32,000 nt of DNA from Patescibacteria group bacterium (GCA_041662745.1 JBAZRV010000003.1:90001-122000), one strand, 5' to 3'. Shown: positions 1-9,350, numbered from the stretch's first letter. A program made the numbers and translations. Notes: generated by a model not told the origin, from the letters alone.

Positions 1-945
1 ATACCAAGCCAGAACTTTGACCAGATTGCCGTCAACTACGCGAGTGTATTTTAAATCCACAATAGCTGATTCGGTGGTGCCGATAATGTCGGAAGAAACC
101 AGTTCGTCATCGCCATCAGCAATGCCTAAGATATTTTTGTATAACGGATGTGAAGCCATTTTGCGGAAAGCATCGTTAACTTCCTCCGCAGTAACGTTTT
201 TTTTGAGAACGGCGGTGATATCTGATAATGAACCGCAGATAACCGGCACGCGAATGGAGATGCCGTCAAATTTGTCTTTAAGCGTCGGGATAACAAGAAT
301 GGTGGCTTTGGCGGCGCCGGTGGATGATGGCGCCATGTTGGCGGCGCCGGCTCGGCCTCGCCTTAGGTCTTTGGCATCGGGACCGTCAACCAGGCGTTGG
401 CTGGCGGTGTAAGCATGGATCGTAGTCATAATCGATTTGACAACGCCGAATTTTGATTCCAAGATCTGCATAACCGGAGCGATGCAATTGGTGGTGCAGG
501 AGGCGTTGGAGATTATGTTGTCGTGGCCGATTAATTTCTTGGTTAATTCCGTGCCGAATACCAAAGTTGTCACTTCATCCTTGGCCGGCGCAGACAAGAC
601 GACTTTTTTAGCTCCGGCCAGGGCATGCTTTTTTAAATCCTCAGCCTTCTCAAAAACGCCGGTGCATTCTAAAACAACATCAACTTTGTATTTTTTCCAG
701 GGCAGTTTAGCCGGATCTTTTTCGGCAAAGACCGGTATTTTTTTTCCGTCAACAATAATATTCTGTTTGTCATAAGTCACCTTTTTGCCATAACGGCCAT
801 AAACCGTATCGTACTTGAGCATATAAGCCAAGGTGCGGGTATCGGTCAGATCATTGATGGCAACAATCTGCGCCCCTCTTTTTTCCAGGGCGATTTTAAA
901 CGCACAGCGACCGATGCGGCCAAAGCCGTTAATGGCTATTCTCAT
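1..945 (-). CDS. gap: glyceraldehyde-3-phosphate dehydrogenase (type I), 3' end outside the window
   Basis: Minus-strand translation from the ATG at 945 reads MRIAINGFGRIGRCAFK...; it contains the catalytic SNASCTTNC motif and the HAYTASQRLVDGP segment. The frame is open to the window edge. Confidence 0.96.
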   Translation of the reverse strand, partial: MRIAINGFGRIGRCAFKIALEKRGAQIVAINDLTDTRTLAYMLKYDTVYGRYGKKVTYDKQNIIVDGKKIPVFAEKDPAKLPWKKYKVDVVLECTGVFEKAEDLKKHALAGAKKVVLSAPAKDEVTTLVFGTELTKKLIGHDNIISNASCTTNCIAPVMQILESKFGVVKSIMTTIHAYTASQRLVDGPDAKDLRRGRAGAANMAPSSTGAAKATILVIPTLKDKFDGISIRVPVICGSLSDITAVLKKNVTAEEVNDAFRKMASHPLYKNILGIADGDDELVSSDIIGTTESAIVDLKYTRVVDGNLVKVLAWY

Positions 946-1093
946 AGATTTGTGTTAGTTAGCTTGATTCGTTGGTATTATAGCACAAAAATAAAAAATT
1001 AAGAAAATAATTGACCGAGGCGGTGATGGCGGAAAAAAATTAAAACCGCCAAGTGCATGGAGCGCGAGGCGGTGACAAGGTGCGTGTATTCAG

Positions 1094-1306
1094 TTATTTA
1101 TCGGACGGTTTTATTTCTGATTCTAATTTTTGCAGTTCTTGGCGTAATTGTCGTGTTATTCGCCGATCCTTGGCGATTAAATCCTTTAGACGCTGGCGAA
1201 AACTCGCAGTAATCGGTTCATTCAGCAGTTCTTCCCATTGACGATTGGCCAAAGCCAGCTGTGCCAAGGTCTTTTTTATCTGTTTGATGCGGCGTTTGGC
1301 GCACAT
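1094..1306 (-). CDS. small hypothetical basic protein (70 aa)
   Basis: Open frame with a strong Shine-Dalgarno (GGAGG) just upstream of the ATG; sits in a minus-strand gene cluster. Confidence 0.65.
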   Translation of the reverse strand: MCAKRRIKQIKKTLAQLALANRQWEELLNEPITASFRQRLKDLIAKDRRITRQLRQELQKLESEIKPSDK

Positions 1307-1394
1307 TTTGTCCTCCGTTTGGATTTTAAAATCATTCGCTTTGTCCAGGTTGGCAATATAACAATACGGAAACCGATTAAAATAGCATCTGGCG

Positions 1395-2198
1395 TTAGTC
1401 TTTGATTATCGGAATTTCTACGATTACCGCTTTATCCTGATCGCGTTCTTTGTCTAATTCCACATCAACGCTGCAACGCAAAACATGCCAACCGACGACT
1501 ACGCCGCGGCCATGTTTAGTCTTGACTTTGGTGCCTAAAGCCGGCAATTTGGCTATTAAATCCTGATAGTAGGATTCTTCGTAGGCCAGGCAGCATTTGA
1601 GGCGGCCGCAGATGCCGGATAAACGCTCGGCTCCGCGATGCACGATTTGCTGGTCTTCGGCAAAATCGGAAGACACATTGCCGAGTTTTTTCAGATGTCC
1701 GCGGCAGCATTGCCCCAGTCCGCAAGAACCGACATCGCCTACCAGCTTAGCTTCATCCCTAACGCCGATTTGTTGCAAGCGTATCACGCGATTGAATGTC
1801 CGGCTCAGTTCCTTGACTAATTCGCGGAAATCAATGCGGCCGTCGGCAATAAAAGCAAAAGACAGGCGTTGACCGTCCAAGGAAAAATGCGCGTCAACAA
1901 TCTTCATTTCCAAGCCGTAGCGTTTGACTGCTTCCCGGCAGTCACGGATTACGCCTTCTTTATCTTGCCGGTTTTTTTCCAGCGCTTCCCAGTCGTCGGC
2001 CTTGGCCAGACGTTCAATATTATTGGCGATGGCTTTGGCTTCTTCTTCGTTCGCCTCTCTAAGCTCTGTGATTTTCCCCGCTTCTTCGCCGTATTCGGTG
2101 TTAATAATGGCAAAATCGCCGATAGACAAAGTCAGGCCGCCAGGATTGGCGGCGCTGATTTTTTCCCATTGGTTGATTTCAACTGTGGCGATAATCAT
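1395..2198 (-). CDS. PSP1 domain protein (YaaT-like)
   Basis: 267 aa with the Cys-rich signature GSCGLGQCCRGHLKKLGNVSSDFAEDQ...RLSGICGRLKCCLAYEESYY, characteristic of PSP1/YaaT proteins. Confidence 0.9.
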   Translation of the reverse strand: MIIATVEINQWEKISAANPGGLTLSIGDFAIINTEYGEEAGKITELREANEEEAKAIANNIERLAKADDWEALEKNRQDKEGVIRDCREAVKRYGLEMKIVDAHFSLDGQRLSFAFIADGRIDFRELVKELSRTFNRVIRLQQIGVRDEAKLVGDVGSCGLGQCCRGHLKKLGNVSSDFAEDQQIVHRGAERLSGICGRLKCCLAYEESYYQDLIAKLPALGTKVKTKHGRGVVVGWHVLRCSVDVELDKERDQDKAVIVEIPIIKD

Positions 2199-2216
2199 AT
2201 TTACCGATAACTGGCA

Positions 2217-3005
2217 TTAACAGCTGGGCGCGCTTTCCAAAGCGTACTTGGCCCAGTCGGAGATCTTGGCTTCACCTAAGAGATCTTTAATTTTTTTGCT
2301 ATCATCCTTAATGAAAATTTGATTAAGCAGGCAATTTTCTTCGTAAAATTTATTCAGTTTGCCTTCAATAATTTTGTTCCAGATTTGTTCCGGTTTGCCT
2401 TCGCCTTTCAGCTGTTCGCGATAAATTTCTTTTTCTTTTTCTATTACGGCGGCATCAACGGCAGACGGCTCTAACCAGCGCGGGCTCATAGCCGCAATCT
2501 GCATGGCGATATCATTAGCCAGAGTCTCGTTGCCGCCGGTTAAAACGCAGATGCCGGCGACTTTGCGATTGGCATGGATATAGCGTCCCACGATTTCGCC
2601 TTCATAAACGCCAAAGCCGGACAATTGCATATTCTCCCCTACTTTCATCACCAGCTCTTTAAGTCGGCCTTCCGCCCAAGCTCTGAATTCTTCCGGCTGG
2701 GAAACCAAAAGCTTTTCCGCAAAAGTTTGAACGGTATTGCGGAAATCTTCGGTGCGGGAGACAAAATCTGTTTCGCAAGCCAAAGCCACGATAGCGGCCT
2801 TTTTACTGTCGCCGGAAACGGCGATAACGCCTTCTTTGACGGCGCGGTCGGCTTTTTTAGCGGCTTTAATCTCGCCTTTTTTGCGCATGATTTCTACCGC
2901 TTGTTCCAGATTGCCGCCCGCTTCTTCCAAGGCGGTTTTGCAATCATTCAAGCCGGCGCCGGTTCTTTCGCGAAGTTGGGAAATGAGCTTAACGTCGATG
3001 GACAT
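2217..3005 (-). CDS. tsf: translation elongation factor Ts
   Basis: N-terminal LISQLRERTGAGLNDCKTALEEAGGNLEQAVEIMRKKG and ALACETDFVSRTEDF are EF-Ts signatures; gene follows rpsB. Confidence 0.97.
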   Translation of the reverse strand: MSIDVKLISQLRERTGAGLNDCKTALEEAGGNLEQAVEIMRKKGEIKAAKKADRAVKEGVIAVSGDSKKAAIVALACETDFVSRTEDFRNTVQTFAEKLLVSQPEEFRAWAEGRLKELVMKVGENMQLSGFGVYEGEIVGRYIHANRKVAGICVLTGGNETLANDIAMQIAAMSPRWLEPSAVDAAVIEKEKEIYREQLKGEGKPEQIWNKIIEGKLNKFYEENCLLNQIFIKDDSKKIKDLLGEAKISDWAKYALESAPSC

Positions 3006-3093
3006 ATGGTAAAGAGTTAAAAGGTTTATAAAGTCAAAGCCATGAAATTAATAACGATTTTGTTTATAATTTTTATGGACTTTAAATTTTCGG

Positions 3094-3795
3094 TTAGGCC
3101 GTTTCTTTTTTTTGTTTTACCTTGCCGAAATTAATAGCTTCGGCGATAACGCGGGTGATTAAATCAACCGAGTTGATGGCGTCGTCATTGGCCGGAATCG
3201 GATAAGTGAATAAATCAGGATTGATATTGGTATCGCACGGTCCGATAATCGGAATTTTTCTTTTTTTGGCTTCCAAAACCGCGGTTTTTTCGCGTTTGGC
3301 ATCAAGGATGAAAACGGCATCAGGCAAACGGCTCAGGTTTTCCAATCCGCCGACCATCTTGTCTAAGCGTTCAATTTCTTTGCTGATCATCACCTGTTCT
3401 TTCTTGGTGTATTTTGCCAGGGCGCCGGAATCGCGTTGTTCCTTCAGCGAACGGTATTTTTTTATCAGTTTGCCGACATTGACAAAATTAGTGAATAATC
3501 CGCCAACCCAGCGTTCCTTAATATAGGGCATGCCGGCTTGCTTGGCATATTTTTCAATTAACGGCTTGGCTTGGCTTTTGGTGCCGACAAAAAGAATGTT
3601 ACCGCCGTTTTCGCCGATTTTTTCGGCAAACTCGGCCGCCTCTTTCAGTTTGGCTAATGTTTGTTCCAGATCAATAATGTGGACCCCGTTGCGTTCGGCA
3701 AAAATGAACGGTTTCATTTTGGGGTGCCAGCGGCCTTTTTGATGGCCGAAGTGGACTCCTGCCTGGAGGAGCTCCATTAATGTTGGTAAATTCAT
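3094..3795 (-). CDS. rpsB: 30S ribosomal protein S2
   Basis: LMELLQAGVHFGHQKGRWHPKMKPFIFAERNGVHIIDLEQT; standard rpsB-tsf order. Confidence 0.98.
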   Translation of the reverse strand: MNLPTLMELLQAGVHFGHQKGRWHPKMKPFIFAERNGVHIIDLEQTLAKLKEAAEFAEKIGENGGNILFVGTKSQAKPLIEKYAKQAGMPYIKERWVGGLFTNFVNVGKLIKKYRSLKEQRDSGALAKYTKKEQVMISKEIERLDKMVGGLENLSRLPDAVFILDAKREKTAVLEAKKRKIPIIGPCDTNINPDLFTYPIPANDDAINSVDLITRVIAEAINFGKVKQKKETA

Positions 3796-3921
3796 AATTT
3801 TCCTTTCTTTCTTGGCAGTCCCTAATCCGCGGATTAACCGCAGATTGGCCCGATTTTAGTTAATTAAAGCTACGGGCAAGGATTAATTCAGGGCTGCTGT
3901 TTATTAATAAAATGTATTAAA

Positions 3922-3950
3922 AGATTATCATAAATCAACGGATAAGTCAA
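3922..3950 (-). promoter_or_regulatory. sigma70-type promoter for rpsB
   Basis: Minus strand TTGACT (3945-3950), 17-nt spacer, TAATCT (3922-3927), upstream of rpsB with a ~120-nt leader. Confidence 0.65.
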
Positions 3951-3972
3951 ATCCCTAATTAAAATATAAAAG

Positions 3973-4000
3973 CCACTCCTGGGGAGAAGTGGCGATAAAT
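3973..4000 (-). terminator. Rho-independent terminator of the 4019-5335 gene
   Basis: Minus-strand GCCACTTCTCCCCAGGAGTGGCTTTT hairpin plus short U-run, after the stop codon. Confidence 0.6.
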
Positions 4001-4018
4001 GAGCGATTTTGGCCTTGG

Positions 4019-5335
4019 TCAGCTGTTGGGCCAGTACTTGCCGACTGGCCATTCGGCGATAGAAACATTGTCAATCATGACGCCGGCTTCGCTTAAACGC
4101 AATTGCGTGTTTGCGGAGATGACGTCAATAATGTGTTTCTTATGTTGCGCCAGTTCTTCCGACATGCCGGCCAGGATGCTGCCAGCGCTTGCTATTCCCG
4201 GATTGGCGAAAATAGAACAGGTTGTTTCCGTCGGCAAGCATTCGGTTAGCGCCACTATCGTCTCTCTTCTGACAACATCAGTGAGATATTCCTCAAGCCC
4301 TTCCTGTTGATGAAAGGTTTGAAGGTTTTTCAGATAGCTTTCATTGCTGAGCAGAGTGTAGCCAACAGCCAATCTCAACTCATTCCCGTCAAGTGACGCT
4401 TCAACCGCTAAACCGTCTTTGGCGGCGGCGATGCCCCGAGTGTACTTTTTGGCGAATAAATTTACAAAGCGATGATCATAGGCCAGCAGCGTATCCTTAT
4501 CATCAATGGCAAAACGTTTGTAAAATTCTCCGTCGGATCGGTTAATAAGGATAATTGAACTGTTTTTGCTTAATAAATATGACGGAGTTTTAAAAGTAAA
4601 CAAAGTTGACACGACAAGGGCTGTGATAAAGAATGCCATGATTACTGGTTTATCGTGTTTGTAAGTTGAGGTATCATGCACTATCGTAGCCGCTATTATC
4701 GCCGGTACCATAACGCAGGTAAATATGAACATTACCGCAATAACCGCGTTCGGCAAGAAAATTACCGACAAGTAATACAGATAGACTGTCATGGCGACGG
4801 CGGCAATGATTATGCTGCAAGGTATCATAAATACCGTAACGATATCTGTCAGATCATCGCCGTGTTCGCAGAACCAATTTTTTGTCCCCTTGGCTATTCG
4901 GACAAAACCGCAGAACAACCAGCCCAGGATTAGACTGACCGGACTGATGATCTTCTTTAATGTTTGTATCTTTTTGTTGGGCGGTTTTAGCAGGATCCTG
5001 GCCTGCGACAAACTGACGATCCTGTTGGATATCAGTGAGATGATCAGTTTTTTATATTGCGAGTTTAAGGTCGGCAGGAATTCCGGTTGCCAGTCCATTC
5101 CCGTGGCTAAGCGGAATAATGTGAGACCCAGCTGATGGAAGGCTTCGCGTACGTCCTTGACCGGAGTTGTCGAGCCGTAATCGACTTTATTATTATCATC
5201 AATAAAAATATTTCCCGCTTCATACTTCACCAATTCCCCTTTTTCTTTCAGACGCGCTTCCAGATCCTCCAGCAGTTCCGAGGCGATGGCATATAACAGA
5301 CCATCTCCTAATTTGATTTCGTAGCGTTTTTTCAT
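4019..5335 (-). CDS. multi-pass membrane protein with degenerate kinase-like N-terminal segment and possible SPFH/Band-7-like C-terminal domain (paralogue A)
   Basis: The track ORF starts at 5392, but the best start is the internal ATG at 5335 (MKKRYEIKLG), preceded by AAAGGAGA. NIFIDDNNKVDYG...DVREAFHQLGLTLFRLATG resembles a kinase catalytic-loop/DFG/helix-F region. Several hydrophobic helices follow, then SSIILINRSDGEFYKRF.... Confidence 0.7.
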   Translation of the reverse strand: MKKRYEIKLGDGLLYAIASELLEDLEARLKEKGELVKYEAGNIFIDDNNKVDYGSTTPVKDVREAFHQLGLTLFRLATGMDWQPEFLPTLNSQYKKLIISLISNRIVSLSQARILLKPPNKKIQTLKKIISPVSLILGWLFCGFVRIAKGTKNWFCEHGDDLTDIVTVFMIPCSIIIAAVAMTVYLYYLSVIFLPNAVIAVMFIFTCVMVPAIIAATIVHDTSTYKHDKPVIMAFFITALVVSTLFTFKTPSYLLSKNSSIILINRSDGEFYKRFAIDDKDTLLAYDHRFVNLFAKKYTRGIAAAKDGLAVEASLDGNELRLAVGYTLLSNESYLKNLQTFHQQEGLEEYLTDVVRRETIVALTECLPTETTCSIFANPGIASAGSILAGMSEELAQHKKHIIDVISANTQLRLSEAGVMIDNVSIAEWPVGKYWPNS

Positions 5336-5429
5336 GGTCACGTTCTCCTTTATGGTTGCGGTAACTGTTGTTTTGGTTAATTTTAAGGCCAAAATTGTAA
5401 GGTGCTTGTTATCTGCATAACAATATGGC

Positions 5430-5458
5430 AGATTAGCATTATGTTATGAAAATGTCAA
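5430..5458 (-). promoter_or_regulatory. sigma70-type promoter for paralogue A
   Basis: Minus strand TTGACA (5453-5458), N17, TAATCT (5430-5435). Confidence 0.65.
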
Positions 5459-5466
5459 ATAATCAA

Positions 5467-5495
5467 TAAATGAAAAGCCACCTCCTCATGGGAAG
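5467..5495 (-). terminator. Rho-independent terminator of paralogue B
   Basis: Minus-strand GCCACTTCCCATGAGGAGGTGGCTTTT after the stop at 5513. Confidence 0.6.
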
Positions 5496-5512
5496 TGGCA
5501 AAAATGAACTAG

Positions 5513-7060
5513 TTATTCAGTTTCCTGTTCGGCCGTTACTTTGGCCGGCGGATTGGCCGGCTGGGATGGCGTTTGCTTTTCAGCCGTTTCTCCCGGCTTT
5601 TTCGGCTCTTTGACTTCAATGTAGTTATACTGATTCTTGAATTGTTGGCGCAATTGGCCTTGAATATTGTCCATGATTTGCCGGCGTTGTTTATCAATGA
5701 CGGCCTGCTGACGCGACAACAGTTCGTTTCTGACTAGGCGGACGGTAAGCTCGCGCAGGACCTGATAATCATTTTTTGACAGCGTGCCGTCCGCGCCCTT
5801 AGCTTCAACGGTTATTTCTTTAAGCTCCTGCTCAATTGCCAGGCGGGACTTAATGGGGACAACGCTTTCAGCTAGAGCTTTTTGAACCGCGACTTGACCG
5901 GCGTTAATCAGCTCTTGTTCTAGATCGGCTTGCGTTTGCTTATTCTCCGTCATCCGTTTCCAGTCGCTTTCAAATGTCGCCTGGTCGGTGATGGCATACT
6001 TGATCCAGAAGCAGAACTTTTCTCCGTTTTTATCCTTATCCAGCGGCGCTTCCACCGGGATGCCTTCATGCTGAATGAGTATGCCCGGCGCATAGCTTTT
6101 GGTGAATAAATTGACATACGCAGCTTCGTAATGCGGGATGTAATGTTTATCTTCGCCGTCGGCGATTCGGCCGATCAGGTTTCCGCTGGAGCGATCAATT
6201 ACTACTAAGGGAGGACAAAAGCCAGTCGTTGGAGTCTCAAAGATTTCATAAATTGAAAGCGAGGCAATCAGGATTAAAAAGGCAATCCAGCCCCTGAAGA
6301 TGCAATCATCCTCCCGCAGATCGGTGAGCATGGCTGATATCACAGTTATTATGACCCCTAAAAAGAAGGAGAAAAATACAATTAGAAAACCGCAAATTAC
6401 AGCCATAGCGATACTAAAATAAATAGCATTAACAGAAGCCAGGCAAATGAACGAAGCGCCGGCGATGATAATCAGCATTACGTGGGCGATAAGCGAAAAT
6501 TTACGTTTTATAAACCTCAGCAGTTTCAACAGTTTGGCCGCTGTTTTTTTTGTTTGCGGATAAATATTGCCAGCTTGAGCTCCCAGCCGTTTAAAAGCTG
6601 AGACCGCTCCCTGGCCGATCAGCGTAATCAGCCAGCAGAGCGGGTTTAACAGCAATTTGGTTTTACGTGCCAGCTTTTTGATTCGGCTGGGTCGGATCAG
6701 GAGTTCTTCCACTTGCTTGAAGTTGACCGCTTGGCCGGATAGCAATAATTCCACTAACGGCCAGAGGTCAGAGTCAAACGGTTCATAGCCGGCATCGGCG
6801 GCGCGCAGGGCTGAATCGTTTATTTCCGATTTGCCCGTGGCCACATGATACAAGGTAACGCCTAAATAATAGAGCGCTTCGCGAATATTTTTGATCTGCG
6901 AAGTCGGCAGGGTGTCGCAGACAACCTTTCGGCTGTCATTGATGAATACCGTATCCGGGTCAAAACGCAATACGACGTCGTTGTTTGCCGCTTCGCGCAA
7001 CCTGTTAGTCAGGGTTTGGGCGATAAGAAAAAGATCTTCTTCCCGTTGCCAGGTTCTCAT
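5513..7060 (-). CDS. multi-pass membrane protein with degenerate kinase-like N-terminal segment and possible SPFH/Band-7-like C-terminal domain (paralogue B)
   Basis: Shared architecture with paralogue A: TVFINDSRKVV...NIREALYYLGVTLYHVATG, transmembrane helices, then PLVVIDRSSGNLIGRIADGEDKHYIPHYEAAYVNLFTKSYAPGI.... Good SD (AAAGGAGAAACCATG). Confidence 0.72.
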   Translation of the reverse strand: MRTWQREEDLFLIAQTLTNRLREAANNDVVLRFDPDTVFINDSRKVVCDTLPTSQIKNIREALYYLGVTLYHVATGKSEINDSALRAADAGYEPFDSDLWPLVELLLSGQAVNFKQVEELLIRPSRIKKLARKTKLLLNPLCWLITLIGQGAVSAFKRLGAQAGNIYPQTKKTAAKLLKLLRFIKRKFSLIAHVMLIIIAGASFICLASVNAIYFSIAMAVICGFLIVFFSFFLGVIITVISAMLTDLREDDCIFRGWIAFLILIASLSIYEIFETPTTGFCPPLVVIDRSSGNLIGRIADGEDKHYIPHYEAAYVNLFTKSYAPGILIQHEGIPVEAPLDKDKNGEKFCFWIKYAITDQATFESDWKRMTENKQTQADLEQELINAGQVAVQKALAESVVPIKSRLAIEQELKEITVEAKGADGTLSKNDYQVLRELTVRLVRNELLSRQQAVIDKQRRQIMDNIQGQLRQQFKNQYNYIEVKEPKKPGETAEKQTPSQPANPPAKVTAEQETE

Positions 7061-7153
7061 GGTTTCTCCTTTGGCTTTTTGGCCGGTTGGCTGTCTGTAA
7101 ACTTAATGTTTTTTAAATTTTAATGTGCTTGTCCGGTTATTCCAGAATATGAA

Positions 7154-7182
7154 ATCTTAGCATATTTTAGATAAAATGTCAA
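7154..7182 (-). promoter_or_regulatory. sigma70-type promoter for paralogue B
   Basis: Minus strand TTGACA (7177-7182), N17, TAAGAT (7154-7159). Confidence 0.7.
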
Positions 7183-7186
7183 TATG

Positions 7187-7215
7187 TTGACATTTTGGCT
7201 AAAATCGGATATAAT
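7187..7215 (+). promoter_or_regulatory. consensus sigma70-type promoter for rpmE
   Basis: TTGACA (7187-7192), N17, TATAAT (7210-7215), upstream of the rpmE ATG at 7249. Confidence 0.85.
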
Positions 7216-7248
7216 TAGGCATATTATCAATTAACGTATTAAGCGTTT

Positions 7249-7551
7249 ATGAAAAAAGAAGTCCATCCTCAGTATTTTCCCCAAGCCAAGGTGATCTGCG
7301 CCTGCGGCAATGTTTTTAATGTCGGATCAACCCGAGAGGAAATCCAAGTTGAAATCTGTTCCGCTTGCCATCCGTTTTATACCGGCAAACAAAAATTACT
7401 GGATACGGCCCGTCGCGTTGATAAATTCGTTAAACGTTCCGAGGCTAAATCCGTTAAGATTGGCGGTAAAAAAGTCAAAAAAGAAAAACAGAAAGCTATC
7501 AAGGCCGCCAAGAAAGCCGAGCAAGAGGGAGTGAAAATCGTCAAAAAATAA
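7249..7551 (+). CDS. rpmE: 50S ribosomal protein L31 (zinc-binding type, with long basic C-terminal extension)
   Basis: [28 protein letters not shown]...[29 protein letters not shown]. Confidence 0.96.
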   Translation: MKKEVHPQYFPQAKVICACGNVFNVGSTREEIQVEICSACHPFYTGKQKLLDTARRVDKFVKRSEAKSVKIGGKKVKKEKQKAIKAAKKAEQEGVKIVKK

Positions 7552-7627
7552 CTGCGATATAAAAAAGAATCCGGACATCTTAAGCGGTGGCGGATTCTTT
7601 TTATTTAAGGTATAATGGAAGAAAGTT

Positions 7628-8698
7628 ATGCAGGATAAATTGCAACAATTGCAAATCAGGTTTGAAGAGTTAGAGCGTCTGCTACAGCAAGACGCCGTGA
7701 TTAATGATCCCGCAAAAATCAAGGAGGTATCGCAGGAATATGATGACCTGAAAGAAATCATCGCCGCTAAGAAGCGGCTGGATAAGGTTAGTACGGAGTT
7801 GGTTGAAGTAGAGAAAATGCTTTCGGACAATAAAGACGATCAAGAGTTATATAAGATATCCTTGGAAGAAAAAACCGCTTTGATGCGTCAGAAAGAAGAA
7901 ACGGAAAAATTAATCAAGTCATTGTTGATCCCTAAGGATCCGGCTGATAAGAAGAATGTTATCGTGGAAATTCGCGCCGGCGCCGGCGGCGATGAAGCGG
8001 CATTGTTTGCGGCTGAGTTGTTCCGCTTGTACAATCGTTATGCGGAGAAGCATAATTGGAAAATTAAATTGATTTCCGACAGTCGCATCGGCATCGGCGG
8101 GTTCAAAGAAGCTATTTTTGAAGTTGTCGGCAATGGCGTTTACGGCCGGTTGAAATTTGAGAGCGGCGTGCACCGTGTCCAGCGCGTACCGGAAACCGAG
8201 AAAAAGGGCCGTGTTCATACCTCCACCGTTACCGTCGTTGTTTTGCCGGAAGTGGAAGAAGTGGATATGAGGATTGAACCGAAAGACATTCGCATTGATA
8301 CTTTTTGCGCCGGCGGCCATGGCGGACAGTCGGTTAATACCACTTATTCGGCCGTGCGCATCACCCACTTGCCTACTGGTTTGGCTGTTTCCTGCCAGGA
8401 TGAGCGCAGTCAATTGCAGAATCGCGAAAAGGCCATGTTGGTATTGCGTTCCCGCTTATATGACCTGAAACGCCAAGAAGAAGAAACCAAGCTCTCTGCC
8501 ACCCGCAAGTCGCAAATCGGCACGGGCGATCGGAGTGAGAAAATTCGCACTTATAATTTCCCCCAGGACCGTATCACCGACCATCGCATTAATGAGAACT
8601 TTTCCAATATTCCCGGAGTTATGGGCGGCGATTTGGACAGAATCTTGGATCAATTGAAGGAATTTTATGACGCTCAGGCCATCAGCGGCCAAGAGTAA
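7628..8698 (+). CDS. prfA: peptide chain release factor 1
   Basis: RVQRVPETE (the RF1 PxT position), [23 protein letters not shown] (GGQ motif), [15 protein letters not shown]. Confidence 0.96.
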   Translation: MQDKLQQLQIRFEELERLLQQDAVINDPAKIKEVSQEYDDLKEIIAAKKRLDKVSTELVEVEKMLSDNKDDQELYKISLEEKTALMRQKEETEKLIKSLLIPKDPADKKNVIVEIRAGAGGDEAALFAAELFRLYNRYAEKHNWKIKLISDSRIGIGGFKEAIFEVVGNGVYGRLKFESGVHRVQRVPETEKKGRVHTSTVTVVVLPEVEEVDMRIEPKDIRIDTFCAGGHGGQSVNTTYSAVRITHLPTGLAVSCQDERSQLQNREKAMLVLRSRLYDLKRQEEETKLSATRKSQIGTGDRSEKIRTYNFPQDRITDHRINENFSNIPGVMGGDLDRILDQLKEFYDAQAISGQE

Positions 8699-8705
8699 TC
8701 GCCGA

Positions 8706-8736
8706 TAGAAAAAAGCGTTCCCGTTTGGGAGCGCTT
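8706..8736. terminator. hairpin between convergent prfA and the 8751-9350 gene, possibly bidirectional
   Basis: AAAGCGTTCCC gttt GGGAGCGCTTT inverted repeat with A/T flanks. Confidence 0.55.
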
Positions 8737-8750
8737 TGTTAGTAAGGTGC

Positions 8751-9350
8751 TTAATAGCGGTCGCCGGGACCGTCAGGCAGCTTTTTATGCGGTCGGAGCT
8801 GGACGGCGTCTTCCAGCTTGAAGCGTTTACGGGTGGCTTGGTAGTAAGCCAGCAAGAGCAGGGCCTGTTTGGTTTCTAATTGCCTGCCCCAACGCAATTT
8901 ACAGAGCCCGATAAGGTATTCGGCGTGGCCGTCCTGAAACGCCGGTGACTCGTGGATGGCGCGAATCGGTTGCCAGTTTTCATTAGTCAAGATTAGAACC
9001 ATGTTTTTGTAAGGCGAAACGCGGAAAAGACGAATAAGATAATTGATTTTGCCGGTATAGTGCATAAGCGAGAATAACCACATCCAGTATAGACTGGATT
9101 CGTTATCCTGAATGGGCTCGCCGCTCAGGCGACAGGTCATGGCCACAGATGGCGGCAACTTGAATTCTTTAATGAGAACTGAACGCGGAATTTTGGCATA
9201 ATCCATGCTGGTAAAGCATAGAGCCGCTCTGACAGCCTTGTCCGGCAGTTGGCCGGTTGCCTTGGCTTCCCAAAATTCAACTATGGCCCTCAGATAAGCA
9301 TCAATGATTTGCCTGTATTCTTCCAGAGCGTCGCTACAGCCGCAGGACAT
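8751..9350 (-). CDS. hypothetical protein (199 aa)
   Basis: Uninterrupted ORF MSCGCSDALEEYRQIIDAYLRAIVEFWEAKATG...; preceded by AAGGAGGAA. Confidence 0.65.
   Translation of the reverse strand: MSCGCSDALEEYRQIIDAYLRAIVEFWEAKATGQLPDKAVRAALCFTSMDYAKIPRSVLIKEFKLPPSVAMTCRLSGEPIQDNESSLYWMWLFSLMHYTGKINYLIRLFRVSPYKNMVLILTNENWQPIRAIHESPAFQDGHAEYLIGLCKLRWGRQLETKQALLLLAYYQATRKRFKLEDAVQLRPHKKLPDGPGDRY

Noticed and set aside
2574-3020. 148-aa + strand ORF
   Set aside because: Entirely antisense to the confidently identified tsf gene.
5336-5392. N-terminal extension MALKLTKTTVTATIKENVT of paralogue A
   Set aside because: The internal ATG at 5335 has a strong AAAGGAGA SD and gives a start comparable with paralogue B; the extension is probably leader.
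7396-7830. 144-aa minus-strand ORF
   Set aside because: Antisense to rpmE and the start of prfA, low-complexity Ser/Phe-rich.
7919-8413. 164-aa minus-strand ORF
   Set aside because: Antisense to prfA.
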